The notes below the pieces were generated by a model. It saw only the letters and a list, made by a program, of their open reading frames with translations. It was not told the origin of the DNA and ran no database searches. Shown here one piece after another: positions 45,532 to 54,879 of a stretch of 64,000 bases of DNA. How positions within the stretch are numbered: the first letter of the stretch is position 1; the number at the start of each line of letters is the position of its first letter. Location of the stretch: the NCBI GenBank assembly GCA_046259385.1, contig JBJYWI010000157.1, positions 3,540 through 67,539 of the forward strand. The letters are read 5' to 3'. The DNA is from Anaerolineales bacterium (GTDB lineage Bacteria > Chloroflexota > Anaerolineae > Anaerolineales > UBA4823). The position numbers were made by a program, and so were the translations under genes.

Positions 45532-47232
45532 TCAGGAAGCCCAGCGTGGCACCCACGCTAAGATCGTTGTTCCCTGCCCTGGATGTGATGTGATTTCCAC
45601 ATCTCCGCCTACTTTTCGTGTGCGCACATGCATATTGGATAACCCGTGCCCAAGTGTCACGCTCATTTTCTGCAGATCGAAGCCCGCACCATTATCTGAT
45701 ACTTCCAGCAGAACCCGGTCTTTAGCTACCCAAAGGTGTATTTCGGCATATTTGGCGCTGGAATGCTTGGCAACATTCGCTAGTGCTTCCTGGCAGATGT
45801 GGAAAAGTGCTGTAGCGTTGTCCGCGGGAAAATCTACGAGACCGTTTTCCGGTCCAACCAATATCGCGGTAGTCCCTGAATTTGCCCGAAACTCATCAAC
45901 CAATCGCTGGAGGCCCTCTTTCAGGTCTTCGCCATGAAACTGGCGCGGTCGTAAATCCAGGATATAAGCCCGGATATCACGAATTGCTTCATTCAAATCG
46001 TCGATTGATTCTTCAATCTTTGATCTGGCGTTTTCGGGGTTTTCAGTTAATAACATGCGCACGTAATCAAGGGTCAGACCGACACCGTAAATGGACTGGA
46101 TAATACCATCATGCAAATCCATTCCAATGCGTTCGCGTTCTTCCAGTACAGCAAGACGTCGTGACTGCCGGTTTAATCGTGCGTTTTCAATTGTTATACC
46201 CGCCCAGTTGCCAATGCTGGTCAGTAAACTCATACCGCGCATATCGAGTGAGCCCTTCTTTCTTGTCGCAGCCGCAAGCACGCCGATTACTTCCCTGCTT
46301 GAACTGAGAGGAACAAATCCTAAACAGTTGAAACCAGCATCTATCAAGCCTGGACGTAGATGGTCAATTTCGTTCTGAAGATCTATACATTTAGTCGGGT
46401 TTCCAGTTTCAGATACCAATCCTATTTGACCTTGACCTATCTTAAAATGATCCCGGTAGAAAAATGTTTCCGTAAAATCTCCGCGGTGCAACGCCAGCTG
46501 GAGTTCCTTTTCGCCATCCTCGCGCAGGTATATTTCAGCCGCATCAATATCCATTCGATCAATTACAATTTCCAGTGTTTTTTCGATAATATCCTCGACA
46601 TAAAAAGAGCTCGCAAGCGTTTCAGCTACTTCATTCAGCAGATTCAGATCTTCATTAATCTGGATTAACTGGCTGTCACGCTCTAGAATCTCCTCATACA
46701 TCCGGGAGTTATTTATCGCTACTGCGGCATAAGCAGCAAGCGTTTCAATTACGCGTTCATCTTGCTCAGTGAACTCTGGATGGTCAATCTTGTCAGCCAA
46801 ATATAACTGACCGAGTGTTTTGTTTCCTAAAAGTATCGGCACGCCGAGAAAAGCATGCATAGCCGGATGGTTTGCGGGATAACCGACGCTGCGAGGATCG
46901 TCCGCTACCTCTGCGAGCCGGATTGGTTTTGGGTTGTCCTTAAAGTGACCCAGCAATCCTTTCCCTACAGGTTCATAGGGGATCCGGTTTATTTCTTTCT
47001 GGGTTAAGCCGATTGGAATGAACTGGACGAGGTTTCCAGAATCGTCCACCACGCCAATTGCAGCATAGCGGGCTCCGACTTGCTGGCGGGCTGTTCTGAC
47101 AATACGTTCCAGTAAATCCTTTGAAGAAATGTCGCTGACAAGTTCCAGGCTAGCGCGGTGCAGTGCTGCTAACCTGTCCTCCAATTGTTCACGTGTGAGC
47201 ACTACCATCAAAAATCCTTTTCCTCTAGACAA
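45532..47232 (-). CDS. GAF-GAF sensor histidine kinase (HisKA_3 / NarL-partner type)
   Basis: It has two GAF-like regions. The HisKA_3 box is ERERIGMDLHDGIIQS and the HATPase segment is DNGAGF...GHGLSNM. No response regulator gene is adjacent. Confidence 0.8.
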   Translation of the reverse strand: MSRGKGFLMVVLTREQLEDRLAALHRASLELVSDISSKDLLERIVRTARQQVGARYAAIGVVDDSGNLVQFIPIGLTQKEINRIPYEPVGKGLLGHFKDNPKPIRLAEVADDPRSVGYPANHPAMHAFLGVPILLGNKTLGQLYLADKIDHPEFTEQDERVIETLAAYAAVAINNSRMYEEILERDSQLIQINEDLNLLNEVAETLASSFYVEDIIEKTLEIVIDRMDIDAAEIYLREDGEKELQLALHRGDFTETFFYRDHFKIGQGQIGLVSETGNPTKCIDLQNEIDHLRPGLIDAGFNCLGFVPLSSSREVIGVLAAATRKKGSLDMRGMSLLTSIGNWAGITIENARLNRQSRRLAVLEERERIGMDLHDGIIQSIYGVGLTLDYVRMLLTENPENARSKIEESIDDLNEAIRDIRAYILDLRPRQFHGEDLKEGLQRLVDEFRANSGTTAILVGPENGLVDFPADNATALFHICQEALANVAKHSSAKYAEIHLWVAKDRVLLEVSDNGAGFDLQKMSVTLGHGLSNMHVRTRKVGGDVEITSHPGQGTTILAWVPRWAS

Positions 47233-47385
47233 TTTTACCCTATTCAGTCCGAATTTGATAGTTTTTGCTAGTATAGTTACGCTATAAGATTTCGGTTGTT
47301 AAGATAAAAGGGGATAAAAAACGAAATATATGCGACGCATTGGATTTATCCAGTTAAAAGACCTAAAAGTTAAAGTGGTATATTC

Positions 47386-48699
47386 ATGAAGATGAACGAT
47401 AAACCGTCTGGATCCCGCCTGCCGGGATTTTATAACCTTTCGTTTGATAAGCGCTGGGAATTGCTGCGGAAGGCAAATCTGATTAGCCAGGATGACATCG
47501 GTAGAATAACAGGCGCTGACTCCCTGACAGTTGACCAGGCTGATCATATGATTGAAAATGTTATTGGCACCTTCCCATTGCCTCTTGGAATCGCATTAAA
47601 TTTTGTTGTTAATGGGCGGGAACTGCTTGTTCCGATGGTTGTAGAAGAGCCATCGGTGATAGCGGGCGCTTCATTTATGGCAAAACTTGCTCGGGCGAGC
47701 GGTGGTTTTAAGGCAGAAGCATCCGAACCCGAGATGATTGGACAGATCCAGGTTCTTGATATCCCGGACTTGAACCTTGCACAGGAAAAATTGCTAGCCG
47801 AAAAACAAAATTTGATTTCGATTGCGGCTGGAATTGACCCAGTTTTAGAAAAAATTGGCGGGGGACCGCGCGATATTGAAGTCCGTAAAATTGAGTCTTC
47901 CCCAATAGGATCTTTCCTTGTTGTACACCTGATTTATGATGTGAGAGACGCGATGGGCGCAAACGCGGTAAACACTGCTGTTGAAAAAATATCGCCTTAC
48001 ATCGAAACTATCAGCGGTGGACGCGCTCATCTGCGTATCCTGTCCAACCTTGCCGACCGCAGAATCGCAAAAGCGTACTGCACAATCAGGCTTGAAGATC
48101 TGGCTTTTAGTGATTATAAAGCTGAGCAGGTCAGGGATGGGATAATTGAATCATGGGCTTTCGCTGCTTCAGACCCATACAGGGCTGCCACACATAATAA
48201 AGGGATTATGAATGGCGTCGACGCGGTTGTAATTGCAACCGGCAATGATTGGCGGGCTGTGGAGGCTGGGGCGCATGCCTTTGCTGCCAGGGGCGGTATT
48301 TATACATCCCTGAGTACATGGGGGAAGGATGATTCCGGAAACCTTATAGGCTCTCTTGAAATGCCGCTCGCGGTTGGTATTGTTGGCGGAGCGACGCGCG
48401 TACACCCTGGGGCAAGAGCTTCAATTAAATTAATGGGTATTACAAGCGCACGGGAGCTCGCAGAGGTAATCGTCTCGGTTGGTTTAGCCCAGAATCTCGC
48501 CGCTCTTCGCGCTCTTGCCACCGAAGGAATCCAACGCGGGCACATGGGCTTACATGCTCGCCAGGTAGCAATCTCAGCAGGCGCTGAAGGGTCTTTCATT
48601 GAACGGCTGGCTGAAAAAATGGTATTGGAAGGTACTATCCGAATCGACCGGGCACAGGAACTGCTGGAGGAATGGGGTTATCTTCCTAGCGAAGAATAA
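47386..48699 (+). CDS. mvaA: Class II HMG-CoA reductase
   Basis: It contains ENVIGTFPLPLGIA, VPMVVEEPSVIAGAS, DAMGANAVNT and GIQRGHMGLHARQ. Confidence 0.85.
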   Translation: MKMNDKPSGSRLPGFYNLSFDKRWELLRKANLISQDDIGRITGADSLTVDQADHMIENVIGTFPLPLGIALNFVVNGRELLVPMVVEEPSVIAGASFMAKLARASGGFKAEASEPEMIGQIQVLDIPDLNLAQEKLLAEKQNLISIAAGIDPVLEKIGGGPRDIEVRKIESSPIGSFLVVHLIYDVRDAMGANAVNTAVEKISPYIETISGGRAHLRILSNLADRRIAKAYCTIRLEDLAFSDYKAEQVRDGIIESWAFAASDPYRAATHNKGIMNGVDAVVIATGNDWRAVEAGAHAFAARGGIYTSLSTWGKDDSGNLIGSLEMPLAVGIVGGATRVHPGARASIKLMGITSARELAEVIVSVGLAQNLAALRALATEGIQRGHMGLHARQVAISAGAEGSFIERLAEKMVLEGTIRIDRAQELLEEWGYLPSEE

Positions 48700-48812
48700 G
48701 AATTGATATATTGCTGGTCATGTTTTTTATCAAAGATTATGATGGATAATTAATAAGGTAAGGAATGTGGTTGGACTGTGATTTACAGTTATAAGAGGAG
48801 TTGAATTCAATT

Positions 48813-49877
48813 ATGAGTGACGACATTTTATTAAAACCAGAGCATCCTGTCGGTATTGTTGGGTATGGTGCTTACGTACCCCGCTACAGGCTGCCTGCAA
48901 CAGAAGTATCGCGCATCTGGACCGATGGAAAGGGAGGACTGCCAGTAAAGGAAAAAGCGGTTCCCGGGCTGGACGAGGATGTTGTGACGATGTCTATTGA
49001 GGCTTCCAGGAATGCGTTGAAAAGAGCAAATATTGATCCCAAACTTATTCGGGCGGTCTGGGTGGGTTCAGAGTCCCATCCATATGCGGTAAAACCGACT
49101 TCCACCCTGGTTGCTGAAGCAATCGGCGCGGTTCCCAATGTACAGGCAGCAGATTGGGAATTTGCCTGCAAAGCGGGAACGGAGGCGATGGTCGCTGCGA
49201 TCGGATTTGTGGGTTCGAATATGGCTCGCTACGCGCTGGCAGCGGGTATGGATACCGCTCAAGGAAAACCTGGTGATGCGCTTGAATATACCGCGGGTGC
49301 GGGCGGCGCAGCTTATCTGCTCGGACCAGCAAGTGAGTCACTGGCAGTGATTGATTTTACTTATTCGTTTGTAACCGATACACCGGATTTCTGGCGCCGC
49401 GCTGATCAGAAGTACCCCGAACATGGTCAGCGCTTCACAGGAGATCCTGCATACTTCCGGCATATAAGCGAGGCGGGCAAAGCGCTGATGGAGGCTACCG
49501 GCACCGGGCCGGAGGACTATAAATTTGCTGTATTCCATCAACCTAACACCAAGTTCCCGCTCAGAGTTGGCGCGATGCTTGGATTCAGCAAAGAGCAGAT
49601 TGAACCAGGATTGCTGGTTCCTGTAATCGGCAATACTTACGCCGGAGCTGCGATTATTGGTCTTTCGGCGGTATTGGATGTTGCTAAACCGGGCGACAGG
49701 ATTATGATGGTATCCTTTGGTTCAGGGGCAGGATCGGATGCGTTTGCGATCACAGTTACGGACGGGATCGAGACGAAAAGGTTGAATGCGCCTCGAACCA
49801 TGGATTATATCAATCGCCGCACAGAAATTGACTATGCAACCTATGCACGAATGCGCGGTAAATTAGTGGTTAAATAA
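48813..49877 (+). CDS. HMG-CoA synthase, archaeal type
   Basis: It contains [26 protein letters not shown] and [13 protein letters not shown]. It lies in a cluster with thiolase and DUF35 genes. Confidence 0.8.
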   Translation: MSDDILLKPEHPVGIVGYGAYVPRYRLPATEVSRIWTDGKGGLPVKEKAVPGLDEDVVTMSIEASRNALKRANIDPKLIRAVWVGSESHPYAVKPTSTLVAEAIGAVPNVQAADWEFACKAGTEAMVAAIGFVGSNMARYALAAGMDTAQGKPGDALEYTAGAGGAAYLLGPASESLAVIDFTYSFVTDTPDFWRRADQKYPEHGQRFTGDPAYFRHISEAGKALMEATGTGPEDYKFAVFHQPNTKFPLRVGAMLGFSKEQIEPGLLVPVIGNTYAGAAIIGLSAVLDVAKPGDRIMMVSFGSGAGSDAFAITVTDGIETKRLNAPRTMDYINRRTEIDYATYARMRGKLVVK

Positions 49878-49959
49878 CTTAAATTTAGGAATGAAAACCT
49901 GTAAATGTATGATTTTAATGGGGATTGATTAATATCGACAGAATAATGATGGAGGATTT

Positions 49960-51117
49960 ATGACAGAAGTTGTAATTGCAGGTGTCGGGCAAACGCCTGT
50001 TGGAGAACATTGGGATCTGTCTTTGCGCGAGTTGGCATTGATTGCGATCGAAGCGGTACTTAAAGATTGCGCTGGCATGCAACCCCAGGCTCTCTATGTT
50101 GGAAATATGCTTGCCCCGCGTTTATCACGGCAGTCGCATTTAGGTGCGCTGATTGCTGATTTCGCAGGTTTAGTGGGTATTGAAGCCACAAACATGGAGG
50201 CTGCCGGGGCATCCGGCGGGGCAGCCCTTCGAGCTGGTTATCTCGCTGTGCTGTCAGGAGAAGTGAATGCAGCGCTGGTTGTAGGGGTTGAAAAATTTAC
50301 TGATCAGATTGGTTCTTCAGTCGATGAGGCTTTGACCACTATGGGGGACAGCGATTATGAAGCCGCTCAGGGTCTTACCCCGACTGCCCAGGCTGCGCTT
50401 CTCATGCAGAGATATATTTACGAATTTGATGCACCTAGAGAGTCGTTTGGTGGGTTTCCATTGGTAGCCCATGGAAATGGTGTTGCTAACCAGTATGCAA
50501 TGTTTCGCAGGGCGATAAATCCGGCGATTTACCAGAGAGCCAGCATCGTCAGCGATCCGCTTAATTTGTTCGATATCGCCCCAAATGCGGATGGCTCTGC
50601 CGCGTTGATGATAACCAGACCCGAACTGGTGCCACCAGGATTCCCTCATCCGCTTGTTAGAATCAGCGGATCGAGCATGGTGACCGATATGCTGGCACTG
50701 CATGATCGCCCTGACCCGCTTAACTTGTCCGCTGCAGGCGATTCGATCAAATCAGCTCTGGTTCAAGCTCGCATCTCTATACAGGATATTGATTTATTTG
50801 AACTGCATGATGCATATTCAATTTATGCAGCCCTCACATTAGAGGCTGCAGGTCTGGCTGACCGTGGAGGTGGCTGGCGGTTCGCCCAGAATGGTTCAAT
50901 CGCTCTTGAGGGAGAATTGCCTATCAGCACAATGGGTGGTCTAAAAGCGAGAGGAAATCCCGGTGGAGCTACTGGTATATACCAGGCAGTTGAGTCCTGC
51001 ATTCAACTGCGTGGTTGTGCGGGCGACAATCAGATCAAGGATGCCAGGAAAGCATTAATCCAGTGTTTTGGGGGACCGGCGTCTACCGCTGTAACCCATG
51101 TCCTGGAGGTTATTTAG
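49960..51117 (+). CDS. Thiolase (acetyl-CoA acetyltransferase), archaeal type
   Basis: It contains VIAGVGQTPVGEHW, NMEAAGASGGAALR, ELHDAYSI and GGLKARGNPGGATG. Confidence 0.8.
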   Translation: MTEVVIAGVGQTPVGEHWDLSLRELALIAIEAVLKDCAGMQPQALYVGNMLAPRLSRQSHLGALIADFAGLVGIEATNMEAAGASGGAALRAGYLAVLSGEVNAALVVGVEKFTDQIGSSVDEALTTMGDSDYEAAQGLTPTAQAALLMQRYIYEFDAPRESFGGFPLVAHGNGVANQYAMFRRAINPAIYQRASIVSDPLNLFDIAPNADGSAALMITRPELVPPGFPHPLVRISGSSMVTDMLALHDRPDPLNLSAAGDSIKSALVQARISIQDIDLFELHDAYSIYAALTLEAAGLADRGGGWRFAQNGSIALEGELPISTMGGLKARGNPGGATGIYQAVESCIQLRGCAGDNQIKDARKALIQCFGGPASTAVTHVLEVI

Positions 51118-51272
51118 CGGGAAAGCGATTGTCAATTTGTTAATTTTTAATCTAAATAAACGCTAAAAAACCAATCTGATAGTTCTTGATAGTTACTTAT
51201 TCATATACTTTAGGTCACATTAGCGGTATTTATAGGTATTTATAAAAAATAACGAATTAGGAGATGTAGTTA

Positions 51273-51683
51273 ATGGAAATCCCAAGCCATTGGCGATTGA
51301 AGCGACAGAGGTACGGGCTTGTTGGGGAAGTCTGCCCTCATTGCAGTGCAAAGCTGTTCCCGCCGCGCGATATATGTCCTGAATGCGGTAAAGAAGCGAA
51401 GAATCTGTACAATTTCAGCGGTAAAGGTGAGGTTTATTCTTATACCACTGTCTATGAAGCGCCTGCAGGATACGAGGAATACGCACCCTACATGATTGCG
51501 CTGGTAAAACTTGAAGAAGGTCCATTGGTTACAGCTCAATTGACCGATGTTGGCGAGAGCAAGGTTGAGATCGGCACTCCGGTGGAGATGGTGACCCGCC
51601 GTCTGCGTCAGGATGGGGATGAGCGCGGTATGCTGGTTTATGGCTATAAGTTCAGACCATTATTGGAACAACAGCCTGCATAG
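51273..51683 (+). CDS. DUF35 Zn-ribbon/OB-fold protein (thiolase-HMGCS scaffold type)
   Basis: It has the zinc ribbon CPHCSAKLFPPRDICPECG followed by an OB-fold region. Confidence 0.8.
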   Translation: MEIPSHWRLKRQRYGLVGEVCPHCSAKLFPPRDICPECGKEAKNLYNFSGKGEVYSYTTVYEAPAGYEEYAPYMIALVKLEEGPLVTAQLTDVGESKVEIGTPVEMVTRRLRQDGDERGMLVYGYKFRPLLEQQPA

Positions 51684-51706
51684 AGAATTCTAATTGAGAA
51701 TCAGAT

Positions 51707-51740
51707 GCCCTCAGGAAGGCGTTCCTGGAGGGCTTTTTTT
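51707..51740. terminator. Hairpin with T-run between convergent genes
   Basis: gccctcaggaa pairs with ttcctggagggc (one bulge) and is followed by TTTTTTT. Confidence 0.7.
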
Positions 51741-51741
51741 A

Positions 51742-52179
51742 TTATGTTTCAAACTCTTGAGGGAAAGGTTTCGGCAGGAAGGATGGGATTAGGTTTAACT
51801 CAATATTGATAACCTCTGAGTAAGATGGGCAGAATAGATGTTTCCAGTCGTGATAACCATCTGCTTCCACCAGAACAGAAGAACACTTTCCCCCCGGGAT
51901 GGGGAATCTGGCAGGGGGTTTAATGCTCAAGTAAACATCTGCCTCTACTTCTCTCGAAGAACTTTCTGCCGGTCTGATTGTTATATCCACATCTTTTATA
52001 GATAATTTTGTGTTTATATCGAACACACCTGCAATTTGCAGTGTGGCGTTATCGCGGTTGAACTTGAGAAGGGCTGCGAGTAAGCCAGCAAGTGTGATTA
52101 ACGCAACCAGTCTTATCAGGCACTTTGATAGTTCGGATGTTTTTTCGTTCGATTCTTCGAAGGTCTGGAATTCTTCCAT
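51742..52179 (-). CDS. Hypothetical single-pass membrane protein
   Basis: It has an N-terminal acidic segment, one TM helix (LIRLVALITLAGLLAALL) and a beta-rich ectodomain. No family was recognised. Confidence 0.45.
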   Translation of the reverse strand: MEEFQTFEESNEKTSELSKCLIRLVALITLAGLLAALLKFNRDNATLQIAGVFDINTKLSIKDVDITIRPAESSSREVEADVYLSIKPPARFPIPGGKCSSVLVEADGYHDWKHLFCPSYSEVINIELNLIPSFLPKPFPQEFET

Positions 52180-52233
52180 TTGAGGAACGGAGTTATTACA
52201 CTTTTTAATATTTCCTGTTCAGCCTAGTTTAGT

Positions 52234-54879
52234 TCAACGCGCGTTCAGAATACCAGCGGGATCCCACATATTCTTCAGGCTGCGCATTAATTGAATGCTT
52301 GCTGGTTTATACCCCCAATAGTCTGATTTAATGAACCCCAGCTGACTTGCGGGTATTCTCTTAACATAACCATTATGCATGTTAATAAATTGGATTATTG
52401 AATCTGAAAGAGTCGGCGCCTCCAAATAACACATACCATTAGGTAGGTCGAGGATCAAATCCGCCAACCCCATTTCCTCCATATTTTCATTTATGAATTG
52501 AGTTAAATCCTTTGGTGGAATTCCAATCTGAAAAATTACTCCATCTCCCAAGGGAAGGGGAGGTATATCCCGATCATTTCGGAATAAACTGTTTTTCGCC
52601 TTCTTCGTTTTCGTCTTGATCCAGTTTCCCCAGATTTCTGTCCCGGATGACCATTCAACATGTTCATATTCAGTGATATCGAAGCGGTTGATAATATCAT
52701 TTACCTGCTCGAATTCACTAGTCACATCTTCGGGATAACCTTCGGCGGTATATGTAAGGCGGAAAGTTGGATCCTGGTTTTCAGAAGAAACCATGCGGAT
52801 TATCAGGGATGATGCAACCAGACAAACCCGGTTAAGTAGACCACCGATCTCGAGCGCTAGGTTAAGGGTATCAACTGCCATATTCAGGCTCACCCTGGTG
52901 CGCGGTGTTGATACCAGTTTAAATGTAACTTCAGAGATAAATCCCAGCGCTCCTGCAGAACCTATAAAAAGTTTTGTCATGTCATATCCAGCCACATTTT
53001 TCACAACTGGGCGGCCGGTTCTTATCTTTCTGCCATCTGGAAGGATGACTTCCAACCCAAGCACAAGATCGCGCACTCCTCCGTATCGCGTCCGTAAAGG
53101 AGCGTTGAAATTGGAGGATACAATGCCTCCTATAGTGGAATCCTCCCAGGGAGTAAAGAGAGGGACCCAGACCCCGAATTCCTCAAGTTGTTCTTGAAGC
53201 AGGTTTAGTCTCAATCCTGCGCCAGCAGTTACATATAAGTCATCAATGGAAAGTTTATGAATGCTGGTCAAGTGCTCAGTGGAAATATAATGATCAACCC
53301 CGTCAGGTTGCCTGGATTTCGTGCCTCCACCGAGTATATGAAGTGGAGTTTTTTGATGGTTAGCTTTCTTTATAAACGATCTGGCTTCGGATGTTGAATA
53401 AGGTCTGGAAACTGGTGCCAGACTGCCTTCGAATATTTGCGTTTCCTCCAATTTTTGTAATTCTGTGTCTCCATCTTCTGGGAAGATTTTACCCGGATTC
53501 AGAATTCCTTCCGGGTCAAACAGGCGTTTAAGTTCCTTCATCGCCTTTAATTCATCTTCGCTGTACATAAGCGGCATATATTCCTTTTTTTCAAGACCAA
53601 CACCGTGTTCACCTGTGATGGTGCCTTTGCTTTCAACACATAACTCCATTATCTCCCTGCCGGCCCGGTGGATTCTTTTCATCAGGTCTTGATTGTCCGG
53701 ATCATCTATTAGCAGAAATGGGTGCAGATTACCATCACCTGCATGGAATACATAAGCTACTCTTAATTCGAGTCGTGAACAGATCTGGTTTATGCTTTCC
53801 AGCATTTCAGCCAGATTACTGCGCGGCACGGTGCCGTCTAATGTTAGATATGCCCGGGCCAGGCGCGCCATTGCTCCTGCCGCGTTTTTTCGACCATACC
53901 ATATTTTCTCCCTTTCTGTTTCTGTTTGCGCAATTCTTATCTCCAAGGCAGATGACTCACGGAGGGATTTACTGATCTCCTCAACCTGGGGGGATAAAGC
54001 TTCTTTAAAACCATCTACTTCAATGATTAGTGCCGCTCCAGCATCAACCGGTAGCCCTGCCTGGGCGAATTCTTCAATCATTTTCATCATTTGCTGGTCC
54101 ATAAATTCGAGTGTTGCTGGGACAAGCCCGATTGTGATCAACTTAGAAACAGCCTCTCCAGCCAGGGCTACAGTGTCAAAGGATGCCATTAATGTTCTAA
54201 CCCCCGGGGGATTCCGAATCAGGCGCAGGTCAGCTTTTGTAATTATTCCAAGTGTCCCCTCACTTCCGGTGATCAGACCACAAAAGTCGAATCCCGGGTA
54301 ATCGAGCGCTTTCCCGCCGAATTGAATTACTTCACCGCTTGCAGTTACCACCTCGAGACCGGTTACGTAGTTGGTGGTGACCCCATATTTAAAACAGTGT
54401 GGACCGCCTGCATTAACAGATATGTTGCCACCAATGGTAGAAACGCGCCCGCTTGCCGGGTCAGGAGGGTAATACAAACCATCTTGCTTTACGATTTTAT
54501 CCAGATCAAGATTAACCAGACCAGGCTGCACGGTTGCGCTTCTGCCAAGAGGGTCTAATTCAAGAAGCTTATTCATGTGCGAAAAGTGCAGTATCACACC
54601 ACCTTTTATCGCAACCGCACCTCCGGCTAAACCAGTACCGGCTCCGCGTGCTGTAAGCGGTATTCGATATTTAAGCGCCCAGGATGCGATCAGGCTGACT
54701 TCCTCGGTCGATTCTGGCAGTATCACTACTTCAGGCATGCCTCTCTCCAGCGCAGCGTCAATCTCATAAGTAACAAGTTCCCCTGGCTGGGTAAATATTC
54801 GCTCAGGGTTGATTTTCTGTTCTAACTCGAGAATGCTTGAGATAATTTCCTTGGATTTCATCTCTTTACATAATCCCAT
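52234..54879 (-). CDS. Fused GlcD-GlcE-like FAD-binding oxidoreductase (glycolate/D-lactate dehydrogenase type)
   Basis: The N-terminal half has FAD_binding_4 motifs (ARGAGTGLAGGAV, and GTITGEHGVGLEKK of the C-terminal cap). The second half repeats an FAD-binding domain (HILGGGTKS). The start may instead be the ATG at 54861 (MKSKEII). Confidence 0.75.
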   Translation of the reverse strand: MGLCKEMKSKEIISSILELEQKINPERIFTQPGELVTYEIDAALERGMPEVVILPESTEEVSLIASWALKYRIPLTARGAGTGLAGGAVAIKGGVILHFSHMNKLLELDPLGRSATVQPGLVNLDLDKIVKQDGLYYPPDPASGRVSTIGGNISVNAGGPHCFKYGVTTNYVTGLEVVTASGEVIQFGGKALDYPGFDFCGLITGSEGTLGIITKADLRLIRNPPGVRTLMASFDTVALAGEAVSKLITIGLVPATLEFMDQQMMKMIEEFAQAGLPVDAGAALIIEVDGFKEALSPQVEEISKSLRESSALEIRIAQTETEREKIWYGRKNAAGAMARLARAYLTLDGTVPRSNLAEMLESINQICSRLELRVAYVFHAGDGNLHPFLLIDDPDNQDLMKRIHRAGREIMELCVESKGTITGEHGVGLEKKEYMPLMYSEDELKAMKELKRLFDPEGILNPGKIFPEDGDTELQKLEETQIFEGSLAPVSRPYSTSEARSFIKKANHQKTPLHILGGGTKSRQPDGVDHYISTEHLTSIHKLSIDDLYVTAGAGLRLNLLQEQLEEFGVWVPLFTPWEDSTIGGIVSSNFNAPLRTRYGGVRDLVLGLEVILPDGRKIRTGRPVVKNVAGYDMTKLFIGSAGALGFISEVTFKLVSTPRTRVSLNMAVDTLNLALEIGGLLNRVCLVASSLIIRMVSSENQDPTFRLTYTAEGYPEDVTSEFEQVNDIINRFDITEYEHVEWSSGTEIWGNWIKTKTKKAKNSLFRNDRDIPPLPLGDGVIFQIGIPPKDLTQFINENMEEMGLADLILDLPNGMCYLEAPTLSDSIIQFINMHNGYVKRIPASQLGFIKSDYWGYKPASIQLMRSLKNMWDPAGILNAR

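Noticed and set aside
51225-51244. Tandem GGTATTTATA x2 upstream of the DUF35 gene
   Set aside because: There are only two copies of an AT-rich 10-mer in AT-rich intergenic DNA, which is compatible with chance or replication slippage.
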